A stretch of 53,288 bases of DNA, counting the filler, from Catajapyx aquilonaris (Eukaryota), in the NCBI GenBank assembly GCA_000934665.2. It is 3 parts of 3 records of this genome, joined end to end, with 100 filler letters (N's around TTAATTAATTAA, not from the genome) between each part and the next. Parts side by side here need not be neighbours in the genome. Positions count along the whole stretch, not along the records: positions 1 to 17,730 come from KZ539614.1; positions 17,831 to 35,469 come from JYFJ02006899.1; 1 more part is not named here. The stretch is one strand, 5' to 3'. Position 1 is the first letter of the stretch. The number at the start of each line of letters is the position of its first letter. The translations under genes and the position numbers were made by a program. Below are positions 13,891 to 24,191 of this stretch, in pieces. The notes beneath the pieces were generated by a model. It searched no databases and was not told the DNA's origin. It was given only the letters and a program-made list of their open reading frames with translations.

Positions 13891-14708
13891 CAGTGTTGGT
13901 CATATGAGCCTTTTAACGCTACGTCATCACAACAAAGGCGGCCGCCATGTTGGTTGGGTAAAACCCCTATCCCACCCGTGTTGTTGGCATGGTTTTTGAG
14001 GTCTGCCGGGGTTTAGGAGCTCTGCTGTGGCCCGTGGTTGGCCCGTGGCCTACCTATACGGGGCTCCCCGACATGGCCCGCTCTTTGGAACCACTGCCGC
14101 ACTACGCGAAAAGGCTTACTACGGGAGAAACAAAGAGGCGAGGCGATACGATACTCGATACGATACTCTCGTGGGTAAATGATCGCTCCTGCTCGTGTTG
14201 TTGGCAGTGTTTGTGCCGGTGTGTGAGGTTCGTCGGGGTTAATTAGTCACACTGCAACTTCCAGCAGGGAAATAAACACGGGAAATGGTTACTTTGTGCA
14301 AAGTGTGAGCTCCGCAAATCAGTCGATGTTTGGTGGGTTACCAACTTTTCTCGACCTTCTCCACTCTCCTGACGGCGGCCAACAATCTGGCCCTCCCCTC
14401 CACATCAATTTGGAACCGAAAAGAAGGCCGGCGTGGCTTACTTACTCGAGATATTGTTGCAGAAATAACCCGCTCAGCATGCCGCCATGCTGGTTCTGCC
14501 CAACCAACATGGCCGCCGCGAAAAAAAAAGGTAAACAAATACGTCACGGCTAAAAGGTCCATATCGAGGCAACCGCCAGCGACATTTTCCGAAGCGGCAG
14601 AAGAAGGAATCGAAGATAAGCATACTTCAAGCATGGGGGAGCAAGATTCCTTCTTCTGCCGCATCGGAAAATGTCGCTGGCGGTTGCCTCGATATATGAC
14701 CCACACTG
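13891..14708. mobile_element. MITE family A copy 3, split by a nested insertion
   Basis: TA|cagtgttggtcatat (13891-13905) plus 14561-14708 (...gacccacactg|TA) rebuild a ~163-bp family A element. Confidence 0.88.
13906..14560. mobile_element. Unclassified 655-bp non-autonomous DNA element nested in MITE A
   Basis: Short imperfect termini gagcctttta / taaaaggtcc. Subterminal inverted repeat ggcggccgccatgttggttgggtaaaacc (13937-13965) vs ggttctgcccaaccaacatggccgcc (14492-14517). Confidence 0.8.
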
Positions 14709-16298
14709 TACCACTACCCGTCGCACGACCCTGAAAGTGGCAGTATAGTGTGCCGTGAGGGCGGTTGCGCCATCTATGACAAAAGTAACGGACTTCGTGG
14801 ACAGATTTTCCATTAGTTGTTAATATTTCCGCCATTTTTCCAGCCGAAAAATGTTTCCTGGCCATGGTGCAACCGGTCCTCTACCAGACCAGTTTCAGAG
14901 CTTTGAGAATTCCTGGCATAGCAGGTGCTCTCTTCGAATGTAGTGGCGCGTCAGACACCATTTTCCGGAGCCGTGGGTCCAATTATTGCCACAGTAATGC
15001 TTGCACAGGTGGTTGGCTTGCAGGGATAATTGACAAAGTACGAGGGGAGCGAGAGAGGAGGCGTTTTTAAAAAAGGGCAGCGAGAGGTGGTGAATACAAC
15101 GTGAATGGGTTGAACAAGAGGATGGGACCAGAGGAAGCTCGATCAAGGTTACTCGGTGGGGGTACGTGGTGTCAAGAGATTCCTTGACGGTGATGAGGGG
15201 TTGCCAACACCTACTTTGATGGAATGTTGGCAGGAGGAAGGGCTGAATAGCAGCTCTCTTGATCCGGAAATCACGCCTCCGTTATGGCAGGGGGCTTGGA
15301 GGGATCCTCATTCAACATACGCACACCTGACGGGCCTCTCTAATATGGAGGGTATCAGAAACAAGTTGGCCAGGTCAAGCACCCACTACCGAGCAATTAC
15401 TGTCAATCATACTTGCCAGTGTTGGAAACAAAAAAAGGAGGCAAAATGCCTCTTGTTTCTGGCAGGCATCAGCAGCTGAATTTACTAATCAAAATAGAGC
15501 ATGAGGCATGCACATTGCATTGTGTGTTCAGCAGGTGAAAGAACAGCCCTACCATGAATGCTCATCCTCACGGTGTGCGCTGTTGTGTGTTACTACTCTC
15601 CACTCAACAATTCTGACTGACTGCAATGAAAAAAAGGGAGGAAACAGGCTTCTTTCCAGCTGCACAGCCTGCTGTGCAGCGTGCATACACTGTACAAAAA
15701 TGCATTACTCATTTGCACAAATCTTCATGATATTATAACAATAATAGTTCAAACATTGCGGCCTCTACGGAGCACCAATAACTTCTCATGTGTTAATTCT
15801 TTTAGGGACAATTTCTTTCACATCATTTCTTTCTTTTGGTTCTCATAGCGCTGGTCGCGGAGACATGATGTCCCAACCTGCAGTGGATAATTCAGCAGAG
15901 CCTGTGGCCGTGGGGGCTGAAGGGCTCACTTCTGGGTGGCCCCCCTTATCAATTTCCCTTTAAAAGTGTACTGACAGCTAAACTGGCATCATCCCTTTCC
16001 AACTTTTCCATACTGAATGTGGCCCCATCATTCCTAGTTATAAACCCAACAAAAATTATGCAATAATATTCATTCAGTCTAATCTTGCTTGATTCGAGGG
16101 TGAATCCCTCATGTCAATCACAGAGATGTTGGGTACTTTTGGGTGACTCTCATGTGGTTTTGTTAGAATGTCCAAACCTCCACATACACTTCTTGCACAA
16201 ATGATGCATTGTCCAAGAAACCAAAGGTCCAGATGCACTGGCAATAGAAAACAGATGGGAAATTTATTCTGGCTGTCGTTCTGTTGATTTGCCAATTA

Positions 16299-16361
16299 TC
16301 TATATCTATATTTTAGTTTGTTAGTTTGTTAGTTTGTTAGTTTGTCCCTTATAGAAATCCA
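16299..16361 (+). mobile_element. Probable 5' end of a non-autonomous Helitron-like element
   Basis: A|TCTATATCTATA start, then a (TTAGTTTG)4 microsatellite and cccttatagaaatcca, the layout typical of arthropod non-autonomous Helitrons. No matching 3' end found in this contig. Confidence 0.5.
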
Positions 16362-16513
16362 GGGGGCGGCCCCTACACCACCTTTAATTAGCATATCGGG
16401 GGTTACAGTTTTCAAGGAATTTAACCCTGCATGTTCATGCCCGATGCCATGTAGGATGAAACTTTATAATTGATATTATGGAGGTTGGCCCAGCATTGCC
16501 TTTCAACCTCCAA

Positions 16514-16692
16514 GGATAGGGAAGGAAGGAAGCGGCTGTGGCCTATTATATGGAAGCGACCCCGGAATTATCCTAGAAAGACAGTGGAAAACCATAGAAA
16601 ACCACGGCCAGGGTTGCCGGCCCCGGGATTCGAACCCAGGACCTCCCGATTAGCAGTCGGACGCCCTATCCACTATGCCAACCTGCTTCGGT
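16514..16692 (-). mobile_element. tRNA-derived SINE family 1, 3'-truncated copy
   Basis: Reverse complement reads accgaagcaggttggcatagtgg...cgactgctaatcgggaggtcctgggttcgaatccc (Pol III A/B boxes). Body matches 26043-26344 and 43838-44132. Confidence 0.9.
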
Positions 16693-16778
16693 TGCAGGAT
16701 GAAACAGGATCAAGGAAATTAGCAACAAAACAAACTTGTTTCAACCGGAGTGAATTAAAATTGAGTAAAGGATTAAGC

Positions 16779-16834
<56 letters not shown>
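16779..16834. repeat. (TAT)n microsatellite
   Basis: About 18 perfect units. Confidence 0.98.
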
Positions 16835-16838
<4 letters not shown>

Positions 16839-17066
16839 CCATGTTACCATGGGAGGAAAATAGCTTCTTCAGTGCATTTATCCAAGAATAGTCCTAATAG
16901 AGCAGATAAGAGTCAACCAATAAGGAAGCATGCAGCATGTACGAAAAATGCCAGTTTGCAAAATGAAGCATGTAAAATGGGGCTAACTGCAAACCTTATT
17001 TACAGAAGAATAGTTGTAAAATTAGTTACTCGTCTGGCAGCCGTTTTAGTCACACAATCATCTCTA

Positions 17067-17275
17067 CAGGGTGTCTCAACTTTTTTGTCTGAAGTTATCA
17101 GAAATATTGCACTAAGCTGCTACTTTGTAAGCAATGCTTGCCACTTCAACCTAAGATTCGCGGAGAGTATTTCCCATTCCTCCGACAAACCAGTCGCAAG
17201 TCACTGCTTACAAAGTAGCAGCTTATAGTGAAATATTTACGATAACTGTTTGGACAAAAAAGTTGGGACACCCTG
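17067..17275. mobile_element. Tc1/mariner-type MITE with ~70-bp TIRs
   Basis: TA|cagggtgtctcaacttttttgtc...taagctgctactttgtaagca is mirrored by tgcttacaaagtagcagctta...gacaaaaaagttgggacaccctg|TA. Confidence 0.9.
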
Positions 17276-17730
17276 TATATTATGACTGTTGCTGAGTAAT
17301 ATTTGTTAAATTTCAAGATAGGTCTATGTTCCTCAACTGCATAAAAATCCACAGATTTTAACCGGCCATAACAAATTACAGATTTGTTACTTTCCCTGTG
17401 ATTAGCCTACTGTTTCTCTCTCTAAATTATAGGTCACTCATAAATCATGATGACCTTTCATTCCATCTGAACTTTGCTTTTGACCTAGTGGCAGTCAAAC
17501 AACCAAAATCCTCGAAATATAGCCTGGGTCATCCCGAATCATGCGGGCCGAATGTTGCTAGACCCTCTCGAAAAACACTAGCGAATATATTGGAATGTAT
17601 AAGGAAAGGTTGCAGCTCTTGCGATACCACCACTATAGTCCGGTCGAGAAACCGAAACCCGTGCGTTTTTTGAGGGGACCTTTTTTTTATGATCGCAGAT
17701 CATTTTTGACATCCTAAGGATGAAATTTAG

Positions 17731-17830
17731 NNNNNNNNNNNNNNNNNNNNNNNNNNNNNNNNNNNNNNNNNNNNTTAATTAATTAANNNNNNNNNNNNNN
17801 NNNNNNNNNNNNNNNNNNNNNNNNNNNNNN
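17731..17830. other. Artificial scaffolding linker (44 N + TTAATTAATTAA + 44 N)
   Basis: Exactly 100 bp; the central 12-mer has stops in all six frames; identical construct at 35470-35569. Confidence 0.97.
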
Positions 17831-18164
17831 GGGGGGGGAGTGTTTGGCGTAAACGAACAGGGGGGCTTCATGACGAAAAGGTTGGGAACCACTGCTCCAG
17901 CCTGAACCTTGCATGAACTGGCCCAGAATACGTAGGTACCACATTGCAATATGGGGAGGTCCTAGAATGATCATAAATTTATCCTCCCTATGCACTGGGC
18001 CAGGTCCACTGGATTTTTTTGCAAATAGCGTATAATTATTATGAGTTGATCGACGCACATGACGGGCGTTTGTGTTGTGACCCGTTCATAAAGTACTTAG
18101 TTATATGTCCCGTATAACGTTCATGCTATGCAGCAACATTGCTCCAGAGCTTGACTTTTCATGG

Positions 18165-18341
18165 AGCGTACAAGTCAGGTAGATCATGTACACTGCGATT
18201 TCCTTGCGAAGCGACATCGCAATATTCCAATATCGCCAGCGAGGGGAAGAGGGACAGCCTCGCATTTTCATCACCTCATACAGCGATGTCGCTTCGCAAT
18301 GAAATCGCAGTGTACCTGACGATCTACCTGACTTTTACGCT
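18165..18341. mobile_element. Palindromic MITE-like element, ~55-bp arms
   Basis: agcgtacaagtcaggtagatc...gtacactgcgatttc.ttgcgaagcgacatcgc is mirrored by gcgatgtcgcttcgcaatgaaatcgcagtgtac...gatctacctgacttttacgct. Confidence 0.8.
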
Positions 18342-18869
18342 GAATGTTGTACCAGCTGACTGTGTGTTGCGAAACAAGGACCCCCCTGCTCCTGGTTGCA
18401 GTAAAGGATATAGGTGCTCTCCTCATGTGTAAAGGTACTTGGGATCAAAACTTGGGTTGTATGTTATTTGCATTTCGTGATCAGTGGTTCAAGGTCACAC
18501 AAGTTTAGGTGAATGTAGCTGACAAAGTAGTTGAATCTTCCTATACTGTAAGCACATCGGATACAAGCAAGTAGAAAAGTCGGTCCCTCCATATTTCCAT
18601 GATATCACAAGAGTTTCGTAGCATGAATAACGTTGTTTTTGTACTGTCTTGTTTCAGAAGTATTCACGTTTCAGATGGCAGAGAGTCCTTCCCATGAATC
18701 ACTCCTTGGCAGGCTCTTTGCCTACGTTTGGACAAGACATTACACCCCATCACAACGTGTATTAATATTATTACCCAACCCAATGCAGATAACGTAAATC
18801 TAACATTGGCAACGTGTTCAACGACCCCGAAAACGTACGAAATACACACCCCGCACCCTTTATGGCCCC

Positions 18870-18987
18870 TAGTCTGATGACCCCGGGTAAGCTATCCCGG
18901 GGGTAATCACCATGGCAGCATATGTAAAAGGATAGCAGTAAACAACCAGTTACCCCAGGGGGCAAGCTACCCCGGGTCACCAGACTA
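18870..18987. mobile_element. Short palindromic non-autonomous element (TAGTCTG...CAGACTA termini)
   Basis: tagtctgatgaccccgggtaagct...ggggtaa vs ttacccc...agctaccccgggtcaccagacta; ~37-bp imperfect arms. Confidence 0.75.
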
Positions 18988-19899
18988 TATACCTAAATCT
19001 CATGGTTCAATTGCCGGCATGTCGAAATGTCCCCTTTGTTTAAAAAATGGCGGTCTTTTAGCTACTTCCGGTCATCGGATTCACATTTGACCACCACCAG
19101 TGTGACGGACACATGTGAGTTGAGGGAAAACGACACCTGGAACATGTCTGGCACTGAAATCAGATTTTTAAAAAAATATTTCGTTCAAAATCCACAATCC
19201 AGCCTATTTTCAACGCTACTACGAACCCACAGGGGTTTGGCGAACGGAACTGCGGGTAAAATCGCGTAGGTAGGTCCAAGGAACAACTGTGCAAAGTGGC
19301 TTGCTCGCCTGACAAAATGCGGTGTTTCCCCCTTTTCTCGAGTGTACCGCTAGCACTATAATAGGCGGGCCGGCCGCGGCTCGGATGGAGTGTTGACGGC
19401 AGCGCGCTGCACGAGCGCTATAATAATGTGTTACAATTATGGAACAGATGATCACACGAACATGCCAGAGATATCGTTGGAAAGGAGAACGTACGGGGAA
19501 TCATTTTACGCTCTACACATTTTGTCGAGTCAGCTGCGCAGGACGTATTATCTCGATGTTTCTGAAGTGCGACGCGAAACATTCAAACTGGGCGGTCATT
19601 TTCATGGCCCCCTTGACCTGACGGTGGCATGTTGACCTCATAATATCGTTGTACATACAATCCTTCACATTCTAAGAGAAATCCGAACAAAATCGGAGGA
19701 GCAGTTTTGCTTTTATAGCCAATTCCACGGCGAGTGTGACTTATGTACTTCTTGCGCCGAAAAAAGCATGACGCCGACATAGGATTTCTTAGGACTTTTA
19801 GTATGTTGTTCAGCACACTTAACAGAACATTTCCTGCAATTTTCAGATTTACATTATTTTTTACCGGGTCAAAACCTAAAATGCCTGGGCTATGAGGAA

Positions 19900-20372
19900 T
19901 TAATTCTGGGGTCCCTGCGGTCACTCCCCCAACTTCAAACCCAGCAGCAAAACAACGATTCAAAGGGTCAGCAAGCCGCAGGTACAGTACTGTATGTTTC
20001 CTAATTGATTCGGCGAATGGCCTGTAAACCCGACATAAGCCCAAAAGGACCCTGCGACCCATATTGGAGGGTTTTTCTAGTAGTATTTTTATAGTCGGAA
20101 TTCCTTCTGTTGTTGCTTTCGAAATGTGTTCATGACCTAAAATGAGGGCAGTCAAGTGGGTGAAACGGTCCACACATTTATGTAACGAAATTATAAGTTT
20201 GTTCAACTTTGAGACTATTCCATGTGTGTATTATTAACCTTGACGGATGTTTGCAATGTGTCAGGTGTTGATACAAGTTCATTACTATACCATGTGCAAT
20301 ATCACGCCTCATGTATATATATTCAACGACGAGTAAACAACAGTTGTACAGTACAAGGTGTTTATATTGCAA
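19900..20372 (-). pseudogene. Possible highly degenerate Ty3/gypsy reverse-transcriptase fragment
   Basis: Two overlapping frames give YIYMRRDI...QHLTH, then KLIISLHKC...LGHEHIS...KPSN...LLGLCRVYRPF...LADPLNR. This is collinear with gypsy RT motifs YxDDI, HLxHL, L.....KC, LGH.IS, FLGLxxYYRRF and AxPL. No intact YxDD. Confidence 0.4.
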
Positions 20373-20531
20373 TTTTGTATCGAATTACTGAGGTTCAATA
20401 GAGTGCAGCTATTGTGGATAAAAGTGTCTGGCAGTACTCAATTTCTCTCAAAAGAGGAACGTTTCAGTTAAGAATTCCTGCAGAGGTTGCAGCTCGTCTC
20501 GCCAGGTCAAAGGTCGAGTTCAGGTTCCAAA

Positions 20532-22119
20532 ATGGCAAGATTATTTCTTAACTATGCCAGACCCAAGCATGTGTCACTGGTTGTCGCGATGGTCGCAGGG
20601 TTTGGGACAGGTTTGCTGATGTGTGTCTCTTGGAACAAATATCCAGACAACCAACAGGGAAGAGTGAATGAATCAACAACGTCTGGTATGTCAATTATTA
20701 GAACTATTATATTGTAATGTAATGCCCATATTCATGATCGTTGTTGATTTTGTCACTGTTACAGAGATATCAAAACGGACCGAGCAATACACGCAAAGCA
20801 GATTGATACGATCTACGACAATGTCCGTAGTGACAAAGACCACTGTCCAACCGAAGATTCTGCCCAGATGTCGCCAATCTGACAAATCAACAATAGCGAT
20901 AGACTACAAACTACTAGACTCAAGGTGCACTAAATTTCACTTATTGTCAGTTCAAAATCAGTATCATGAACAATAACCGCAGCTCTCAATCACATGTTTC
21001 AGGAGCCTGTGGCCTCTCATCCGTCCAGAGGAAGACACGACTCTGATAGAGCCGTCTGACTTGTGCAGCAATGATTCAGTGTACCTCCTTCTGGCTGTAC
21101 ACTCTGCAGCCTTCCAGTTCAAGTACAGAGAAGCCATTCGTGTCACCTGGGGACGGGACTTGCAGATGATGCGACCGGACATCCGATTGTTCTTCATTAT
21201 GGGACGGACTCATGATGACGCTGTGAACGTAAGTCATCATTTATTGTAACAGTGGTGTGAGTCGCACTATTTGCTGAGAGGAAATCTAGTGAACACTTGA
21301 TTACAGTTTAGAAGTTGTAGTGGATTGTTGTAACCTGCAGTTTAGTAATACTACAGTGTCAATCTGTATAGTCCCGGATAGTTGAAGAAGCTGCTGTTAA
21401 CGGTGACATCCTGCAGCAGGAATTTTGCGACTCGTACTTCAACATGACCCTGAAGACAGTCTTCATCCTGAAGTGGACCATGCAACGTTGTCCACAGGCC
21501 AAATACATCTTCAAAATCGACGACGACAACTTCGTCCACCCTGCAAACCTCCTGAACCTGCTCCGACATTACGACAATGAGGTCAGCACCAAATATAGTT
21601 ATTGTCGAAAAAATTGAATTAACATGTCATGTCCCACAGGGCAACATTCACCATCTCCCGGACGTGGAATGGACGTACCGAAAGGCATCTCCGGCCAACA
21701 GGAAGTACCTTCTCCTGGGAAGTATATTTCCAAAGCAGGATGGCTACACCGACAGCTTCGACAACACTTCACAGTGGTACATCCCAGAGTTCGTGTCCCT
21801 CAGGAGCATGTACCCTGACCGATTCGGAGGAGGAGCAGGGTACCTTTTCACAGGCTCTCTGGTGCCCGTACTCTACTGGGAGGCACTGGACACCCCGTAC
21901 ATCCACGTAGACGACATCTACCTGCCTGGAATGGTGGCGGTCGAGAGGCTCCACCTGACCCTGGACCACAACGATGGATTCGAACCAGGTTACCAGTGCG
22001 ACGCCAGCAAGTTTGTCACCGTGCACATGTTCAGTCCGGATCAACTGGTCAAGCTGTGGGGTGGAAGGAACGACCTGACCAGGACGGATTTCAACGCTTG
22101 CAGCGTCCAAGGTGCATAA
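20532..22119 (+). CDS. GT31 family beta-1,3-glycosyltransferase (B3GALT/B3GNT/brainiac-like), paralog 1; exons 20532-20685, 20765-20924, 21003-21228, 21372-21581, 21640-22119
   Basis: Type II TM anchor (VSLVVAMVAGFGTGLLMCV). Motifs REAIRVTWG, GDILQQEFCDSYFNMTLK, FKIDDD, YPxxxGGAGY, HVDDIY and VTVH. All introns GT-AG with consistent phase; AATAAA near 22199. Confidence 0.92.
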
Positions 22120-22386
22120 GTGGACAAGGGACAAGCATTGTTGTAGGCTTCCCTTCACGGAAATACGCACACATGTATATGATATTTTATACGCCGTTAA
22201 TAAAGCCCCTTGGCTGAAACCCTATATGGTCTCCTTCAATATGCGCAACGTGTCATTTATTGTTGTCATGGCAACCTTTTTTTCCCCTCTGGAGCCCGAC
22301 GTTCGATTGTTGTCAACAATAGGATTCCACAGTCTGCCTAGGTGTCACCTTCCCTGTTCCTGAGCCCCCAACCAGCAGCGGCAGAG

Positions 22387-23943
22387 ATGAGATGGTCAAG
22401 ACGCAGATGCGTCAAGTGCCTGCTGCTTCTGGTCCTCTCAACCACACTGTACATCCTGTTTATGCACACAACAATAGAGAAATTGGATCCTCTGGAGAAC
22501 CCTGGTCGTCACCAAAGAGGTAGTTCCATTGAAATGCATCCCCCAACAGGAGATAATTAAAAATACAGTGCCAACTATATTAATTATTGAAACACTGTGT
22601 GTGCTTCATATTCTTAATCCTAACAGTGTCAAGAGTGGTAATAAGCGGCCGTGTCCTGCACCAATGCCGCTTTGCCAACAAGAATACAATAGAGCGAGAC
22701 TATGCATTGATTGAAACCAGGTGAAGTCTCACATGTCGTTTAGTGGCATGTACCAATATTTGTGATGTTGTCACGACCTTTGTTACCCGCAGTGACATCG
22801 GTGCATATGTCCGCCCTGGACTGCACACCACGATGCTTGAGCCTATTCAGCTGTGTGGGCACAACCAGGTATTTCTTCTGGTTGCAATTAAGTCCGCTGC
22901 ATTCAACTTTGCTAGGAGGAGTGCTGTCCGAGCCACTTGGGGACGAGACCTCCTCCAGATGGGACTGGACACTCGCTTGTTCTTCCTGACAGGTCGTGCT
23001 CAGGACGAGGACACCAATGTAAGTAGAAAATGGTTCATTCACACCTATGCTGCTTGTTATTAATTTTTCCTAATTACATTTTACAAGTAGGCTACAATAC
23101 ATTAATTACACCTTGCATAATGTAGCGACGTTTGTGGAGGGAAGCGACGTTTTACGGTGACATAGTCCAGGAGGATTTCTGCGATTCCTACTTTAACATC
23201 ACCCTGAAAGCGGTCTTCCTCCTCAAGTGGGCTCTGAAAAATTGTCCTCAGGCTACGTTCGTGCTGACGACGGATGATGACACTTTCATCCATCCCCAAA
23301 ATATGATGAACTTATTGGACACCTACAGTGATGAGGTCAGCAGTACTTAGTCTGCATTACATTGTTTGATACAGGATTATGGTCAATTAAGATATCTGAA
23401 AATCTCTCCTGATAGAGTACGCAGCACGAGCTTCCTCTCACCATCCACACCTCTGAGGGAGCCAGTAGGAGGTACCTCATGATGGGCCAAGTGTTCGAGT
23501 CGTATCTGCAAAGCGAGCGAGAGGAGTACCCGCACTGGCAGGTGTCCCAGAATTACTCCAGCAGAAACAAATACCCGTCGTATCTCTCAGGAATTGCATA
23601 TCTGTTGACCGGATCGCTCCTGCCCATCTTGTACGAAGAGGCCCTGAACACCAAGTTCATCCATGTGGATGACGTCTTCCTGACAGGATTGGTGGCCAAG
23701 GAGAGACTCCAACTGGTCCTCGACCATCATCCAGGCTTCAGTAACTGCTGCCGCAACAGGACCAAGTGTGCAATGGATGATGTTATAGCAACACATGAAT
23801 TTACCCCCAGACGGTTGAGAACCACTTGGTTTGATGCTAATTTCATATATAAGATTGAATTCAATATCTGCAACATTAACCCATTTAAAAAGATTGGATG
23901 CTATGTGTACAAGATGGTAGGGTACGATGTTTGTACGTATTAG
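22387..23943 (+). CDS. GT31 beta-1,3-glycosyltransferase, paralog 2; exons 22387-22519, 22627-22720, 22793-23018, 23126-23335, 23416-23943
   Basis: N-terminal basic+TM segment. Motifs RRSAVRATWG, GDIVQEDFCDSYFNITLK, VLTTDDD, YPSYLSGIAY and HVDDVFLTG. Same intron phases (1,2,0,0) as paralog 1. Confidence 0.92.
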
Positions 23944-24191
23944 GGTACGGAACTGGAACCAAACGTGCTTCGCTTCTCATTATTTGTTTAGTTTTTATCA
24001 ATGACATGTAAAAACCCTGAGTTAGGGTAACACCCCCCCCCNACACTAGTCTTCTTCAATCTGCGCAACGTCTCATTTGTTGTCATGGCAACCTTTTCCC
24101 CCTTTGGAGCCGATTGTTGTCAACAATAGGATTCCACAGTCTGCCTGTGTCACCTTCCCTGTTCTTGAGCCCCCAACCAGCAGCGGCAGAG

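Larger units (their letters stand above)
13227..14882. mobile_element. Foldback-like non-autonomous element built of repeated palindromic units; hosts nested insertions
   Basis: Units (ccggt)tgcaccatctccagga.acatttt...gaaaaatgtttcctggaggtggtgcaacc recur across 13300-13840. ggccagtaaacatttttttcgacaggaaaaa (13227) is inverted relative to tttttccagccgaaaaatgtttcctggcc (ends 14863). Confidence 0.65.

Noticed and set aside
12870..13907. 172-aa and 211-aa ORFs with a repeated KCFLEVVQ peptide
   Set aside because: Translation of the non-coding palindromic repeat units.
15000..16290. Coding-looking stretch with short ORFs
   Set aside because: Stops in the frames tried and no recognisable domain or consistent splice chain.
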